From: Patescibacteria group bacterium
GTDB lineage: Bacteria > Patescibacteriota > Patescibacteriia > PEXW01
Direction: 5' to 3'
NCBI GenBank assembly: GCA_041665345.1
Contig: JBAYJA010000001.1
Span: 393,206-457,205, forward strand
DNA: 64,000 nucleotides
The number at the start of each line of letters is the position of its first letter. Within the stretch, counting starts at the first letter, position 1. The notes under the pieces were generated by a model. That model saw only the letters and a list, made by a program, of their open reading frames with translations, searched no databases and had not been told where the DNA came from. The translations under genes were made by a program, and so were the position numbers. Below, in pieces: positions 9,611-18,615 of this stretch.

Positions 9611-10444
9611 ATGCAAACGGACAATGTTTCGGACCTCAGTTTACGCTTGAATGCCTGGGTGCTGACCAACCGGCAAGAGCTCCGGAAGTGGTGGGTTATT
9701 TGCATCCTGGGCGTCAATGTTTTTCTGCTGTCCGCCGTGCTCACCCAAGGTTTGCTCTTCCTCTTCAAATTCCAGGATAGCGGGAGTATCACGCAAATCA
9801 TTGTCGCAAGCGTTGCATCGGTTGGGGAGCAATCGGCTGTCGTGGCGCCAAAACCCCTTGTGACCGCGGCACCAGTTTCTGTACTCCACGGTGCTGGTCG
9901 GTTTGATTTTTTGCAGCGGCTGGAAAATCCAAATGCAAACTGGCAGGCAGTCGCTGAGGTGACCTTCCAAGGTGGGGCAAAAACCTTACCTCCTGTACGA
10001 GTTGTCCTATCACCCAAGTCTACCCTCTACGCCGTTGCCTTAGACATTGAGCCAAAGTCCACCACCGGGGTGCCGCAACCAACGGCAACGCTCACCAGAG
10101 TTTCGTGGACCCGGCAGGTTATTGATCCGTTTGCAGACATTCGGGTGAAGATTGAAAATGTGCAGCAAGCACAAGTTGAGCTGACCACAGGTGACCAGGC
10201 GAAGCGCATGGTAACGCAGGTGACAGGTACGGTCGTCAATCCGTCGCTCTACGCCATTCGTGGGTTACGAATTGGCATTCTGCTCCTCCGTGACCAGAGC
10301 GTGGTGGGCGTCCGCACGGCAATTGTCTCAGTGCCACGGGAAGCGCGTGCACCTTTTTCGGTGGAGTGGGAAGACGTGGTGAGTGGTGTCACTTCCATTC
10401 AAACGTACCCTGAACTTCACGCTGAGATAATTGTTGCATCGTAG
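9611..10444 (+). CDS. Membrane-anchored hypothetical protein with Ig-like beta domains
   Basis: 277-aa ORF with N-terminal TM, directly upstream of rodA. Confidence 0.75.
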   Translation: MQTDNVSDLSLRLNAWVLTNRQELRKWWVICILGVNVFLLSAVLTQGLLFLFKFQDSGSITQIIVASVASVGEQSAVVAPKPLVTAAPVSVLHGAGRFDFLQRLENPNANWQAVAEVTFQGGAKTLPPVRVVLSPKSTLYAVALDIEPKSTTGVPQPTATLTRVSWTRQVIDPFADIRVKIENVQQAQVELTTGDQAKRMVTQVTGTVVNPSLYAIRGLRIGILLLRDQSVVGVRTAIVSVPREARAPFSVEWEDVVSGVTSIQTYPELHAEIIVAS

Positions 10445-10445
10445 C

Positions 10446-11561
10446 ATGGCGCGTTCGTCATTGCGGATTCTCGCGCACCTTGATTGGCCACTGGCTGTCG
10501 CCAGTGGTGTGCTCATTCTTTTTGGGCTGGTGGCTTTGGCGAGTGTCACTGTGGCAAAGAGTCCTCCAGATTGGTCAACGTTTACCCAGCAGGGTATTTT
10601 TGTTGGCGTCGGTTTGGTCATTTTCATTGGCGCGGTTTTGGTTGACTATCGAACTATCCGTGGGCTGAGTACGGTAGCGTACGTTGTTGCCGTGCTCCTT
10701 CTGCTGGGCGTGCTTTTTTTTGGGAAAGAAATTCGGAGTACGACTGGGTGGTTCGTGATTGCGGGCGCCAGTTTTCAGCCGGTCGAGCTGGCAAAACTGC
10801 TATGGATCATTGCGTTCAGTGCGTACCTCGCCAGGTTTGCCCGAGCCTTTGACCAGTGGCGGCACCTTTTCATTTCCGGTGGCTTCGTGGCTATCCTCAT
10901 TGGCTTGGTGCTCCTCCAGCCTGACCTGGGGTCAGCGGTTGTCCTTGGGGGCATCTTTTTGGGTTTACTGCTCATGGCGAATATTCGTGGGCGGCAAATC
11001 GCTATTCTCCTCACCCTGCTTGTTGTGCTCGGTAGTCTGAGTTATGCATTCTTGCTACGTGACTACCAGAAGAATCGGATTCAGCAAGTCTTCCATCCAG
11101 AAGCCGACCCTTTAGGCCAAGGCTACAACGTCACCCAAGCGCTCATCGCGGTCGGCTCGGGTCAGCTCTTCGGCCGGGGATTTGGCCAGGGCACGCAGAG
11201 TCAGTTGAACTTCCTTCCCGAACAGCAAACAGACTTCATTTTTGCGGTGCTGGCAGAAGAGTTTGGATTTGTTGGCGTCCTCCTGCTCCTGGGCAGCTTT
11301 GGGGTAGTGCTCGTACGGACGCTTTCCATTGGCCGCCACGCCCGGGAAGATTTTGGAGCATTCCTCTGTGCCGGAGTTGCGATAGGCTACGCGGTGCAGG
11401 TAGGGATTAATGTGGGCATGAACGTTGGTTTGTTTCCGGTGGCTGGTATTCCTTTGCCCTTCGTCAGTGCAGGGGGAAGTTCCATGGTCGCCAGTCTCCT
11501 GGCCTTGGGTATGGTGCAGAGCGTGGCTGTCCGTCGGCGAACCAGCGGTTTAGAGAGTTGA
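10446..11561 (+). CDS. rodA: Rod shape-determining protein RodA (SEDS family)
   Basis: FQPVELAK, LQPDLG, DPLGQGY, FLPEQQTDFIF, GIPLPFVSAGGSS. Confidence 0.93.
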   Translation: MARSSLRILAHLDWPLAVASGVLILFGLVALASVTVAKSPPDWSTFTQQGIFVGVGLVIFIGAVLVDYRTIRGLSTVAYVVAVLLLLGVLFFGKEIRSTTGWFVIAGASFQPVELAKLLWIIAFSAYLARFARAFDQWRHLFISGGFVAILIGLVLLQPDLGSAVVLGGIFLGLLLMANIRGRQIAILLTLLVVLGSLSYAFLLRDYQKNRIQQVFHPEADPLGQGYNVTQALIAVGSGQLFGRGFGQGTQSQLNFLPEQQTDFIFAVLAEEFGFVGVLLLLGSFGVVLVRTLSIGRHAREDFGAFLCAGVAIGYAVQVGINVGMNVGLFPVAGIPLPFVSAGGSSMVASLLALGMVQSVAVRRRTSGLES

Positions 11562-11609
11562 CGAACAGGGAGCCACGTGGTATGGTCACCCCGTACATTT
11601 CTTGTACCT

Positions 11610-11936
11610 ATGCCCATGCTCCCTTCATTCCCATCTCGTCTGCATGCCCGGTTTACCGGGAGTTGCCCTCGGTGTCGAAGCCTCTTCCAGCCGGCGAATG
11701 TGACGGTTGTGGCTGAGGATGAGGAGCAGCAGCTCTTACACCTGGTGTGCCAGCAATGTCGCACCGGCCTTCTGGCCTTGGTGGGGATTACTGTCAATGG
11801 CTTACGGTCTGTGGAAATCGTCACCGACTTGACTGGAGCAGACGCGGAGCGATTCATTGCCGCGCAGCCAGTCAATGCCGAAGACGTTCTGGCGCTGCAT
11901 ACAGCGCTGGGCCGATCCACCTTCCGGCTTCGCTAG
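11610..11936 (+). CDS. Small zinc-ribbon protein
   Basis: CPRC...CQQC motif pair. Confidence 0.65.
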   Translation: MPMLPSFPSRLHARFTGSCPRCRSLFQPANVTVVAEDEEQQLLHLVCQQCRTGLLALVGITVNGLRSVEIVTDLTGADAERFIAAQPVNAEDVLALHTALGRSTFRLR

Positions 11937-12016
11937 GCAAGTCGCCAACTGGAGCAGATGAAGCGCTCAGTCTTTTTCTTTGATTGTCTTCTTTCTCATC
12001 TCTTTGATTGATTTGT

Positions 12017-12712
12017 ATGACGCTCTCGCTTACTGCTATTCCTCGCACCGCTTCCAAAGGTGAACGCACTCGCGTTCGCAAAGAAGATCACATTCCAGCT
12101 GTGGTGTACGGCCATGGTATTGCCAGCCAAACAATTGCGGTTCCTCGTAGTGACTTTGAGAAGGTTTTCCGTGAAGCTGGCGAATCAACATTGGTAACGC
12201 TTTCACTCCAGGGTGGCGCGCCAGTGCAGACCCTCATCCAAGATGTCCACCGTCATCCAACGCTGGGTACTATTCAGCATGTGGATTTCTACCAAGTCCG
12301 CATGAATGAGAAGATTAGTAATGATGTGCCGTTAGTCTTCACCGGTGAGTCCCCAGCAGTCAAAGCCTTGGGCGGCATTCTGGTGAAGAACATTGACACG
12401 CTGAAAATTACCTGTTTGCCTGCAGATTTGCCATCAGAATTGACGGTTGATATTCGCCGGTTAGAAAATTTTGAATCTCGTATTACCGTTGCTGATATTC
12501 CGTTACCCAAAGGTGTTACGCTGGAAACGAAGGCGGAAGAGATTATTGCGGTGGTTGAGGCACCTCGAACAGAAGATGAACTGAAAGCTCTGGATGAAAA
12601 AGTGGAAGAGAATGTGGAGGCTGTCCAGAAAGTGGAGAAGCCAGTCGGAGCTGAAGAAGAGGCAGTTGTCGCTGCACCAGGTGCAGAAGCTGCACCCGCG
12701 AAGAAAGCCTAG
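12017..12712 (+). CDS. rplY: 50S ribosomal protein L25/Ctc
   Basis: IPAVVYGHG, QHVDFY, GESPAVKALGG, acidic tail. Confidence 0.96.
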   Translation: MTLSLTAIPRTASKGERTRVRKEDHIPAVVYGHGIASQTIAVPRSDFEKVFREAGESTLVTLSLQGGAPVQTLIQDVHRHPTLGTIQHVDFYQVRMNEKISNDVPLVFTGESPAVKALGGILVKNIDTLKITCLPADLPSELTVDIRRLENFESRITVADIPLPKGVTLETKAEEIIAVVEAPRTEDELKALDEKVEENVEAVQKVEKPVGAEEEAVVAAPGAEAAPAKKA

Positions 12713-12719
12713 GGCGCCT

Positions 12720-13793
12720 ATGGGAGGGAGGCTCACGGATAGACCTAGTGACTACACCTTTGGCAAGCGCAAACGGCGTTGGCCGTGGGTGGTGGCTGGT
12801 GTCGTGGTAGCGCTGGGGAGTATTTCCACAGGTGGTTACTACCTCTACCGGAGCAAGAGTGTAAAAAAAAGTAGTGCCGCAAATGTCGAGACGGTCACCA
12901 GTGCAGAACAAGCACGGCGTCTTGATGGCGTGCTTGTTCCGGCTGTAAAGGCAAATTTTTTGCCATTAGCCGTAGTAATTGAAAATCACTCCAGCGTGCG
13001 GCCGCAGAGCGGGTTGAGCCAGGCTGGCGTGGTCTACGAAGCTTTGGCTGAGGGTGGCATCACCCGCTTCTTGGCCGTGTTTGCAATCAATGGTGATCTA
13101 CAGATTGGTCCAGTGCGTTCGGCACGGCCGTACTTTGTGCAACTCGCGCGGGCGTATAACGGGATGTTCGTCCATGCTGGATACTCACCCCAGGCGAAAG
13201 AGCAAATCCAGAAAACCGGCATCGTTGACTTTGACCAGTTTGCAAAACCCTATAATTTTGACCGCATCAGCGGCCGTCCGTCTGAGCACGCGCTTTTCAC
13301 CTCGCTTCGGTTGCTAGAGCTTGGTCGGAAGGGTTTGAAACTTGACGACAAGGGCACATTCACGCCCTGGTCCTTTAAGGATGATCGCCCAGTGCAACCT
13401 CCGGTGGCCACAAAAGTGACGGTGGATTTTTCTACGGCATCGTATCGGGTTGGGTATGCCTATGACGCAGCCACGAATAGCTACCTTCGTTCGCAAGGGG
13501 GAATAGCAGCGAAAGACAAGGAAAACGGACAGGGGATTACCCCCAAGAATGTCGTGGTCCTCTTTACGACGTCAACGCTCTTCGATGCGCTTCGACGGAA
13601 CATTTTGGTCGTGGGTGAAGGCAAGGCGTTGGTTTTTCAGGATGGAAATGTTATTGTAGGGAAGTGGCGAAAGCCGGAGGCGGCTACGCAGCTCACGTTC
13701 ACTGATGCGAATGGGGAACCGCTTTCCCTGAATCGTGGGCAAACCTGGGTTGAGGTGGTTGATCTGCCCGAGCGAAATGTCACTTATTCATAA
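12720..13793 (+). CDS. DUF3048-family protein (paralog 1)
   Basis: PLAVVIEN, RPQSGLSQA, EGGITRF, GPVRSARPY, GQTWVEVV. Confidence 0.9.
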   Translation: MGGRLTDRPSDYTFGKRKRRWPWVVAGVVVALGSISTGGYYLYRSKSVKKSSAANVETVTSAEQARRLDGVLVPAVKANFLPLAVVIENHSSVRPQSGLSQAGVVYEALAEGGITRFLAVFAINGDLQIGPVRSARPYFVQLARAYNGMFVHAGYSPQAKEQIQKTGIVDFDQFAKPYNFDRISGRPSEHALFTSLRLLELGRKGLKLDDKGTFTPWSFKDDRPVQPPVATKVTVDFSTASYRVGYAYDAATNSYLRSQGGIAAKDKENGQGITPKNVVVLFTTSTLFDALRRNILVVGEGKALVFQDGNVIVGKWRKPEAATQLTFTDANGEPLSLNRGQTWVEVVDLPERNVTYS

Positions 13794-13818
13794 ATTTTTT
13801 CCTTTTCAAACAACGCAC

Positions 13819-15075
13819 ATGGCAAAAGCTCCCAAAAAATCTGTTGAAGAAGTCAAAGTCACCCCCAAAGCATCGGCAAAAAAAGCACCAGCAGCAAAAC
13901 CAGCGCCCGTGGTTGATCCTGCAACGGATCTGAGTAATACTTCTAAGAAGTCCATTCCTCCCGCAGAAACCCAGAGTGCCTGGCAACGACTGTCAGCCAA
14001 ATTTGGTACAGGTGGTTCACGCTGGCTTGCGCTCGGTGGTGCCGCGGTTGCTCTGGCAATTATCATCATTGGGGTTGGCATTGCGCTTAGCTCTGGCTCA
14101 TCGGATGATGAGACTGAGTTGGTGACCAATACTGCAGGGTATGAGAATGTAAATGTAGCGAATATACCCTTTTCACCAGATTTGGCTGGTGGGAACCGGT
14201 ACGTGCACGGGCACTACTACCCGTTGGCAGTCATGATTGATAATGCATCGCCCGCACGGCCGCAGTCCGGTCTGCAGGCTGCTTCTGTAGTCTACGAAGC
14301 ATTGGTGGAAGGTGGCATTACTCGGTTCATGGCAATTTTTGACCAAGGAAAGGTTGATCAAATTGGACCCGTTCGTTCCGCCCGGCCATACTACCTGTCA
14401 TGGCTAACTGAGTATGATGCTGCATACGCGCATGCCGGTGGTTCACCGGAAGCGCTGGGTGATATTCAGAAAAATCGCATCCATGATATTAACGGTATTG
14501 GCAGCGCGGCCGGTGCTTTTGTCCGTGATCGGTCTCGCCCAGCACCGCATAATCTCTACACGACATCGTTCAAGATGTATACCATTACCCAGAAGCAGAA
14601 ATTAGCCTACAGCGATGCGGTCATTGAGCCCTGGACATTCGCCCAGACCGGGGCAGTTGCTCCAGCTGACGTGACGGCCGCGAAGAAAGTTACCTTCTAC
14701 TTCACCGGAACAACCAAGTCCACCAAGATTGTCTACACCTACGATGCTGCGAAGGGTGGGTGGCTCCGCAGTCAGGCAGATGCGGCGCACCAAGACCGGC
14801 TTACGAAGCAGCAGATTGTGGTGAAAAATCTCGTCATTCAAACTATTTCGAACAACATTTCCGTGGGTGAAAAAGGCCGGCTGACCATGACCGTGACCGG
14901 AACAGGAACAGCGAAGGTGTTTGGGGCTGGGACGGTCCAAAACGCAACCTGGAAAAAAGCAGAGAAGAACAGCCGCACGACCTTCACTGATGCTAACGGC
15001 ACCGCGGTGGTTTTCCAACCGGGGAATACGTGGATTGAAGTACTGCCCGCAGGCCGGACCGTGGTTGTTGAGTAA
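13819..15075 (+). CDS. DUF3048-family protein (paralog 2)
   Basis: PLAVMIDN, RPQSGL, EGGITRF, GPVRSARPY, HAGGS, APHNLY, GNTWIEV. Confidence 0.9.
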   Translation: MAKAPKKSVEEVKVTPKASAKKAPAAKPAPVVDPATDLSNTSKKSIPPAETQSAWQRLSAKFGTGGSRWLALGGAAVALAIIIIGVGIALSSGSSDDETELVTNTAGYENVNVANIPFSPDLAGGNRYVHGHYYPLAVMIDNASPARPQSGLQAASVVYEALVEGGITRFMAIFDQGKVDQIGPVRSARPYYLSWLTEYDAAYAHAGGSPEALGDIQKNRIHDINGIGSAAGAFVRDRSRPAPHNLYTTSFKMYTITQKQKLAYSDAVIEPWTFAQTGAVAPADVTAAKKVTFYFTGTTKSTKIVYTYDAAKGGWLRSQADAAHQDRLTKQQIVVKNLVIQTISNNISVGEKGRLTMTVTGTGTAKVFGAGTVQNATWKKAEKNSRTTFTDANGTAVVFQPGNTWIEVLPAGRTVVVE

Positions 15076-15909
15076 ATGCGCCAACGCGTTAAACTGCTGA
15101 CCATCGACTTGGACGATACACTCATCGGCCAAGACTTGGTGGTATCCCCGCGGAATCGGGCAGCCATCCGCCGTGCTGTGCGAGCGGGGATTATTGTGAC
15201 GTTGGCCACTGGGCGCACGTTCAGCACCACCCAGCCCTTTGCGCAGCGTTTGGGTTTGCACCATACTTTGGCCTGCTTTCAGGGAGCGTTGCTACGTGGG
15301 AAGCATAAAATTCTCACCTCACGCACCATGCCGCCGCAATTCTACTTAGATATTATTAAATTTGGTTTGCGACACAAGGTCCAGCAGTGCGTGTACGCCT
15401 TGGACCATGACACGGTGTACTTCCAGCGGCCACTGAATACGTTTGGCAAAGAGTACCTGGATCGGATTGAGCAGGTTCGGCAAATTAGCTTGGTTAATCT
15501 GGTCAGCTATCCCTTCCCACATCCGCCTATCAAAGTCATGTTTATAACCAGTCCAGAGAAGGTGGTCAAACTAGAGGCCATGGCCAAACGCAAGTGGGGC
15601 GATGCACTGTACATTACCCAGACCCGCGCCAACCTGTTGGAGTTTTTGCACCCACAGGTGAATAAAGGTTTTGCCTTGCGGTACTTGGCGAATCACTACC
15701 ACCTCCCACTCTCGCAAACTGCCGCAATAGGTGACGGGCATAACGACATTCCCATGCTGGAAACAGCCGGGGTTTCTTTTGCGGTCCGGAATGCGCCCCG
15801 GGTTGTGGAAGCGGCGGCAGATCACGTGGTTGCCGCCTGGGATCAAGACGGGGTGGCTGAAGCCATTGATTGGATTCTGGCCCACCAACCCAAGCGGACG
15901 AAGAAATAA
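15076..15909 (+). CDS. Cof-type HAD-IIB hydrolase
   Basis: DLDDTL, ATGR, NKG, IGDGHNDIPML. Confidence 0.93.
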   Translation: MRQRVKLLTIDLDDTLIGQDLVVSPRNRAAIRRAVRAGIIVTLATGRTFSTTQPFAQRLGLHHTLACFQGALLRGKHKILTSRTMPPQFYLDIIKFGLRHKVQQCVYALDHDTVYFQRPLNTFGKEYLDRIEQVRQISLVNLVSYPFPHPPIKVMFITSPEKVVKLEAMAKRKWGDALYITQTRANLLEFLHPQVNKGFALRYLANHYHLPLSQTAAIGDGHNDIPMLETAGVSFAVRNAPRVVEAAADHVVAAWDQDGVAEAIDWILAHQPKRTKK

Positions 15910-15947
15910 AAAATACCGTCCTGCCAGGGTCTGACAGGACGGAGTAC

Positions 15948-16277
15948 TTAGGCGACCATACGCGGTGGCCGTGTTTTGTGTGTACGCGAGCGAATGTTCA
16001 TCATGTTCTCCATCTGCTCGGCAACTAGACCCCTGGTGTAGGACGAATCCTCCGTTTCGAGGAAGTACGTCAGTGGTTGGAAATGCGCTACATGCCCACT
16101 GGTTCTGACAATCCGCAGATGATTTGCACAGAGGATTGTTCGTGCGTGAATGGGGGAATCAATTGCGTAGAGGTGGGCGCCGAAGAGCACAGGCTTGCCT
16201 CTTTCGCGGTGATTCTTGAGTGCGCTGATGCCACAGCTTGGGAAGTAGCAACGATAGCCCCGGTTTGTTGAGCACAT
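15948..16277 (-). CDS. Hypothetical protein
   Basis: AGGAGG-type SD upstream of the ATG; hairpin at 15916-15942 downstream. Confidence 0.5.
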   Translation of the reverse strand: MCSTNRGYRCYFPSCGISALKNHRERGKPVLFGAHLYAIDSPIHARTILCANHLRIVRTSGHVAHFQPLTYFLETEDSSYTRGLVAEQMENMMNIRSRTHKTRPPRMVA

Positions 16278-16332
16278 GTGTGCCTCCTAGTGTGTGAAGT
16301 ACAATGTTGGGGGAACCGCGAACTCTAGCACC

Positions 16333-17142
16333 CTACCCCCGCCATGTCAAGTGCAGGAAGCGCGGGCGGTTTGCTGCATCGTTGATTGTGGTTTGTGCAT
16401 ATCCCAAGCGCTTGATGAATGTCTGAAGCAGTTTTGGGTGCTGTGGCCCAACTTCCAGGTATAGGCTTGGATATTTGCGGTTTGCACACTGGGTCAAAAA
16501 CGTCCGCAGCAGCTTGTCGCCATTTTTTCCGCCTAGTAATGCCAGTTTTGGTTCGCGGGTGAGTTTCTGTGTTTCCGCTGGGGTAAGGTAGGGGAGATTC
16601 GCGACAATGACATCAAATTGCTCGTTTGGCTGGAGGGGGGCTGTGAGCGAGCCATGGCGGAATTGGACGCGTGGATGAACCTTGCTCAGTCTGGCGTTCG
16701 TACGTGCCACGCGGAGGGCTGCAGCTGAAATGTCTGTCGCAACAACTTTTGCATTGGGGAAAGCTTTGGCTAAGCCAATGACCAAGCAGCCAGAGCCCGT
16801 GCCAATCTCCGCGATCGTCTTGGGTGGATGGCCAGCGAAGTCTGAAATGATACGCTCCAGCAATTCCTCCGTCTCCGGGCGGGGGATGAGCACGGCGGGC
16901 GTAACCCGAACCGTAAAACCAGCAAAGGGTTGCGTTCCAATAATGTACGCAAAAGGCATGCCAGCCATTCTCTGGCGGATGGCTTTTTTAAGTCGCGACA
17001 TCTGTGTTAGGGTCAGCAGCTTTTCTGGATGCGCCAGAATGTGCGCTGGGTTTTTTCGCAGAACAAAAGCCAGCAGATCTCGGACTTCTCGAGGGTCTAT
17101 GCTTGGTGCTTGGAAAAACGAACCAACAGTCTGCCGGGGCAT
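16333..17142 (-). CDS. prmC: Release factor glutamine methyltransferase
   Basis: VLIPRPETE, EIGTGSG, ANLPY; follows prfA. Confidence 0.93.
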   Translation of the reverse strand: MPRQTVGSFFQAPSIDPREVRDLLAFVLRKNPAHILAHPEKLLTLTQMSRLKKAIRQRMAGMPFAYIIGTQPFAGFTVRVTPAVLIPRPETEELLERIISDFAGHPPKTIAEIGTGSGCLVIGLAKAFPNAKVVATDISAAALRVARTNARLSKVHPRVQFRHGSLTAPLQPNEQFDVIVANLPYLTPAETQKLTREPKLALLGGKNGDKLLRTFLTQCANRKYPSLYLEVGPQHPKLLQTFIKRLGYAQTTINDAANRPRFLHLTWRG

Positions 17143-18188
17143 TACTGTGCGCTGGGTTGGTGGGCAGCAGTTTGCACGGCCGCAATAATGTCGTCCAGTT
17201 CACCTTCCATCACGCCAGTGAGATTGTGGAAGTTCTGCTTGATGCGGTGGTCAGTCAGCCGGTTTTGCGGGAAGTTGTAGGTGCGGATTTTCTCACTCCG
17301 GTCACCCGTGCCAATTTGCTGCTTGCGCTGCTCAGTTGCTGCCTTGCGTTTCTTCTCTTCTTCAAAGGCAAACACCCGGGCACGCATGATGTTCATACCC
17401 TTTTCTCGGTTCTGCTTTTGCGATCGCTCATCCTGGCACTGCACCGTAATCCCGGTGGGAATATGCAGCAGGCGCACAGCAGAGTAGGTGGTGTTCACAG
17501 ACTGGCCACCGTGCCCAGAGGAGGTCGTCACTTCCATTTTGATGTCCTCGGGTTTGATGCTCACGTCCACCTCTTCCACAATGGGCAGCACGGCAACCGT
17601 CGCCGTGGAGGTGTGCACGCGGCCAGCCTTTTCCGTTTCCGGCACGCGCTGAACGCGGTGCACGCCAGACTCCCAGCGCAGCAGGCCAAAGGCACCTGGG
17701 GTGGGGATTTCAATAATTGCTTCTTTGTACCCGCCAATGCCCGTGCGGTTCGTGCTCACCAAGTGTGGGTGCCAGCCGTGATTCTCAGCAAAGCGGGTGT
17801 ACATGCGGCAGAGTTCCGCAGCGAACAAACCCGACTCGTCGCCCCCAGCGCCAGCACGAATTTCCACCAGGGCACCGCGCTCATCCATGGGGTCAATGGG
17901 TTGCTCCAGCACGCGCAGCTTCTCCGCCACTTCGGCCAGCTCTTTGGTAATCCGGGTGTGATCTTCAGTAGCAAGTGCCGCCAGGTCTGGGTCTTCCAAG
18001 GCGCTGGCGGTGTCCACCAGTTGTTCCTGCAACGATTGCTGGTCGCCCAGCAAACCCAAGTGCTCCACGACGCGTTTGTGCTCGCGGGAGAGCTGTTCCA
18101 GTTTTTTCCCATCACCCGCCCCAGCAGCAACTTGGAGTTCCTGTTCCAGAGCATCACGTTTGGCAGTGAGTTCGGGGAGCGTTGGCAT
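17142..18188 (-). CDS. prfA: Peptide chain release factor 1
   Basis: VQRVPETE (PxT motif), GGQ, IRTYNFPQ. Confidence 0.97.
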   Translation of the reverse strand: MPTLPELTAKRDALEQELQVAAGAGDGKKLEQLSREHKRVVEHLGLLGDQQSLQEQLVDTASALEDPDLAALATEDHTRITKELAEVAEKLRVLEQPIDPMDERGALVEIRAGAGGDESGLFAAELCRMYTRFAENHGWHPHLVSTNRTGIGGYKEAIIEIPTPGAFGLLRWESGVHRVQRVPETEKAGRVHTSTATVAVLPIVEEVDVSIKPEDIKMEVTTSSGHGGQSVNTTYSAVRLLHIPTGITVQCQDERSQKQNREKGMNIMRARVFAFEEEKKRKAATEQRKQQIGTGDRSEKIRTYNFPQNRLTDHRIKQNFHNLTGVMEGELDDIIAAVQTAAHQPSAQ

Positions 18189-18240
18189 ATGGGCAAATAG
18201 CAAAACCGCCCACAGGGAGTATAAGGGGCGGCAGGTTGCG

Positions 18241-18504
18241 TTACTTCTTGGCTTTGGTGGTCTTCGCGGCCTTCCGTGTAAGTTTGTCTGTCTTCTTCAC
18301 AGAGGTCTTCTCTTGCATCTTCTTAAAGCGTTCCACCCGACCTTGGGCGTCCATGACCTTTTGGGTGCCGGTGTACAGCGGGTGGCAGTTTGAACAGACC
18401 TCAATCTGCAGGTCTTTTTGGGTGGAACCAGTGGCAAACGTATGCCCACAGGCGCAGCTGACCTTTGCGTCGTGGTGGTAGGTGGGGTGAATAGCGTCTT
18501 TCAT
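18241..18504 (-). CDS. rpmE: 50S ribosomal protein L31
   Basis: MKDAIHPTY, CACG, CSNCHPLYTG, GRVERF. Confidence 0.96.
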   Translation of the reverse strand: MKDAIHPTYHHDAKVSCACGHTFATGSTQKDLQIEVCSNCHPLYTGTQKVMDAQGRVERFKKMQEKTSVKKTDKLTRKAAKTTKAKK

Positions 18505-18563
18505 AGTTCGCCTACTATACCATGGTTTGAAGATTCGTCAAGGGAAACTGGATTCTGGGAAAT

Positions 18564-18591
18564 AAAAAAGGGATCCAGTTGTTGGATCCCT
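18564..18591 (-). terminator. Intrinsic terminator
   Basis: AGGGATCCA..TGGATCCCT with a T-run on the minus strand. Confidence 0.7.
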
Positions 18592-18615
18592 AAAGAACAA
18601 TTAAATGCCCAAGAG

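Noticed and set aside
17004-18200. 398-aa plus-strand ORF and similar long shadows (49871-51034, 40405-41616, 20774-21586)
   Set aside because: Antisense to well-supported genes, with no recognisable motifs.
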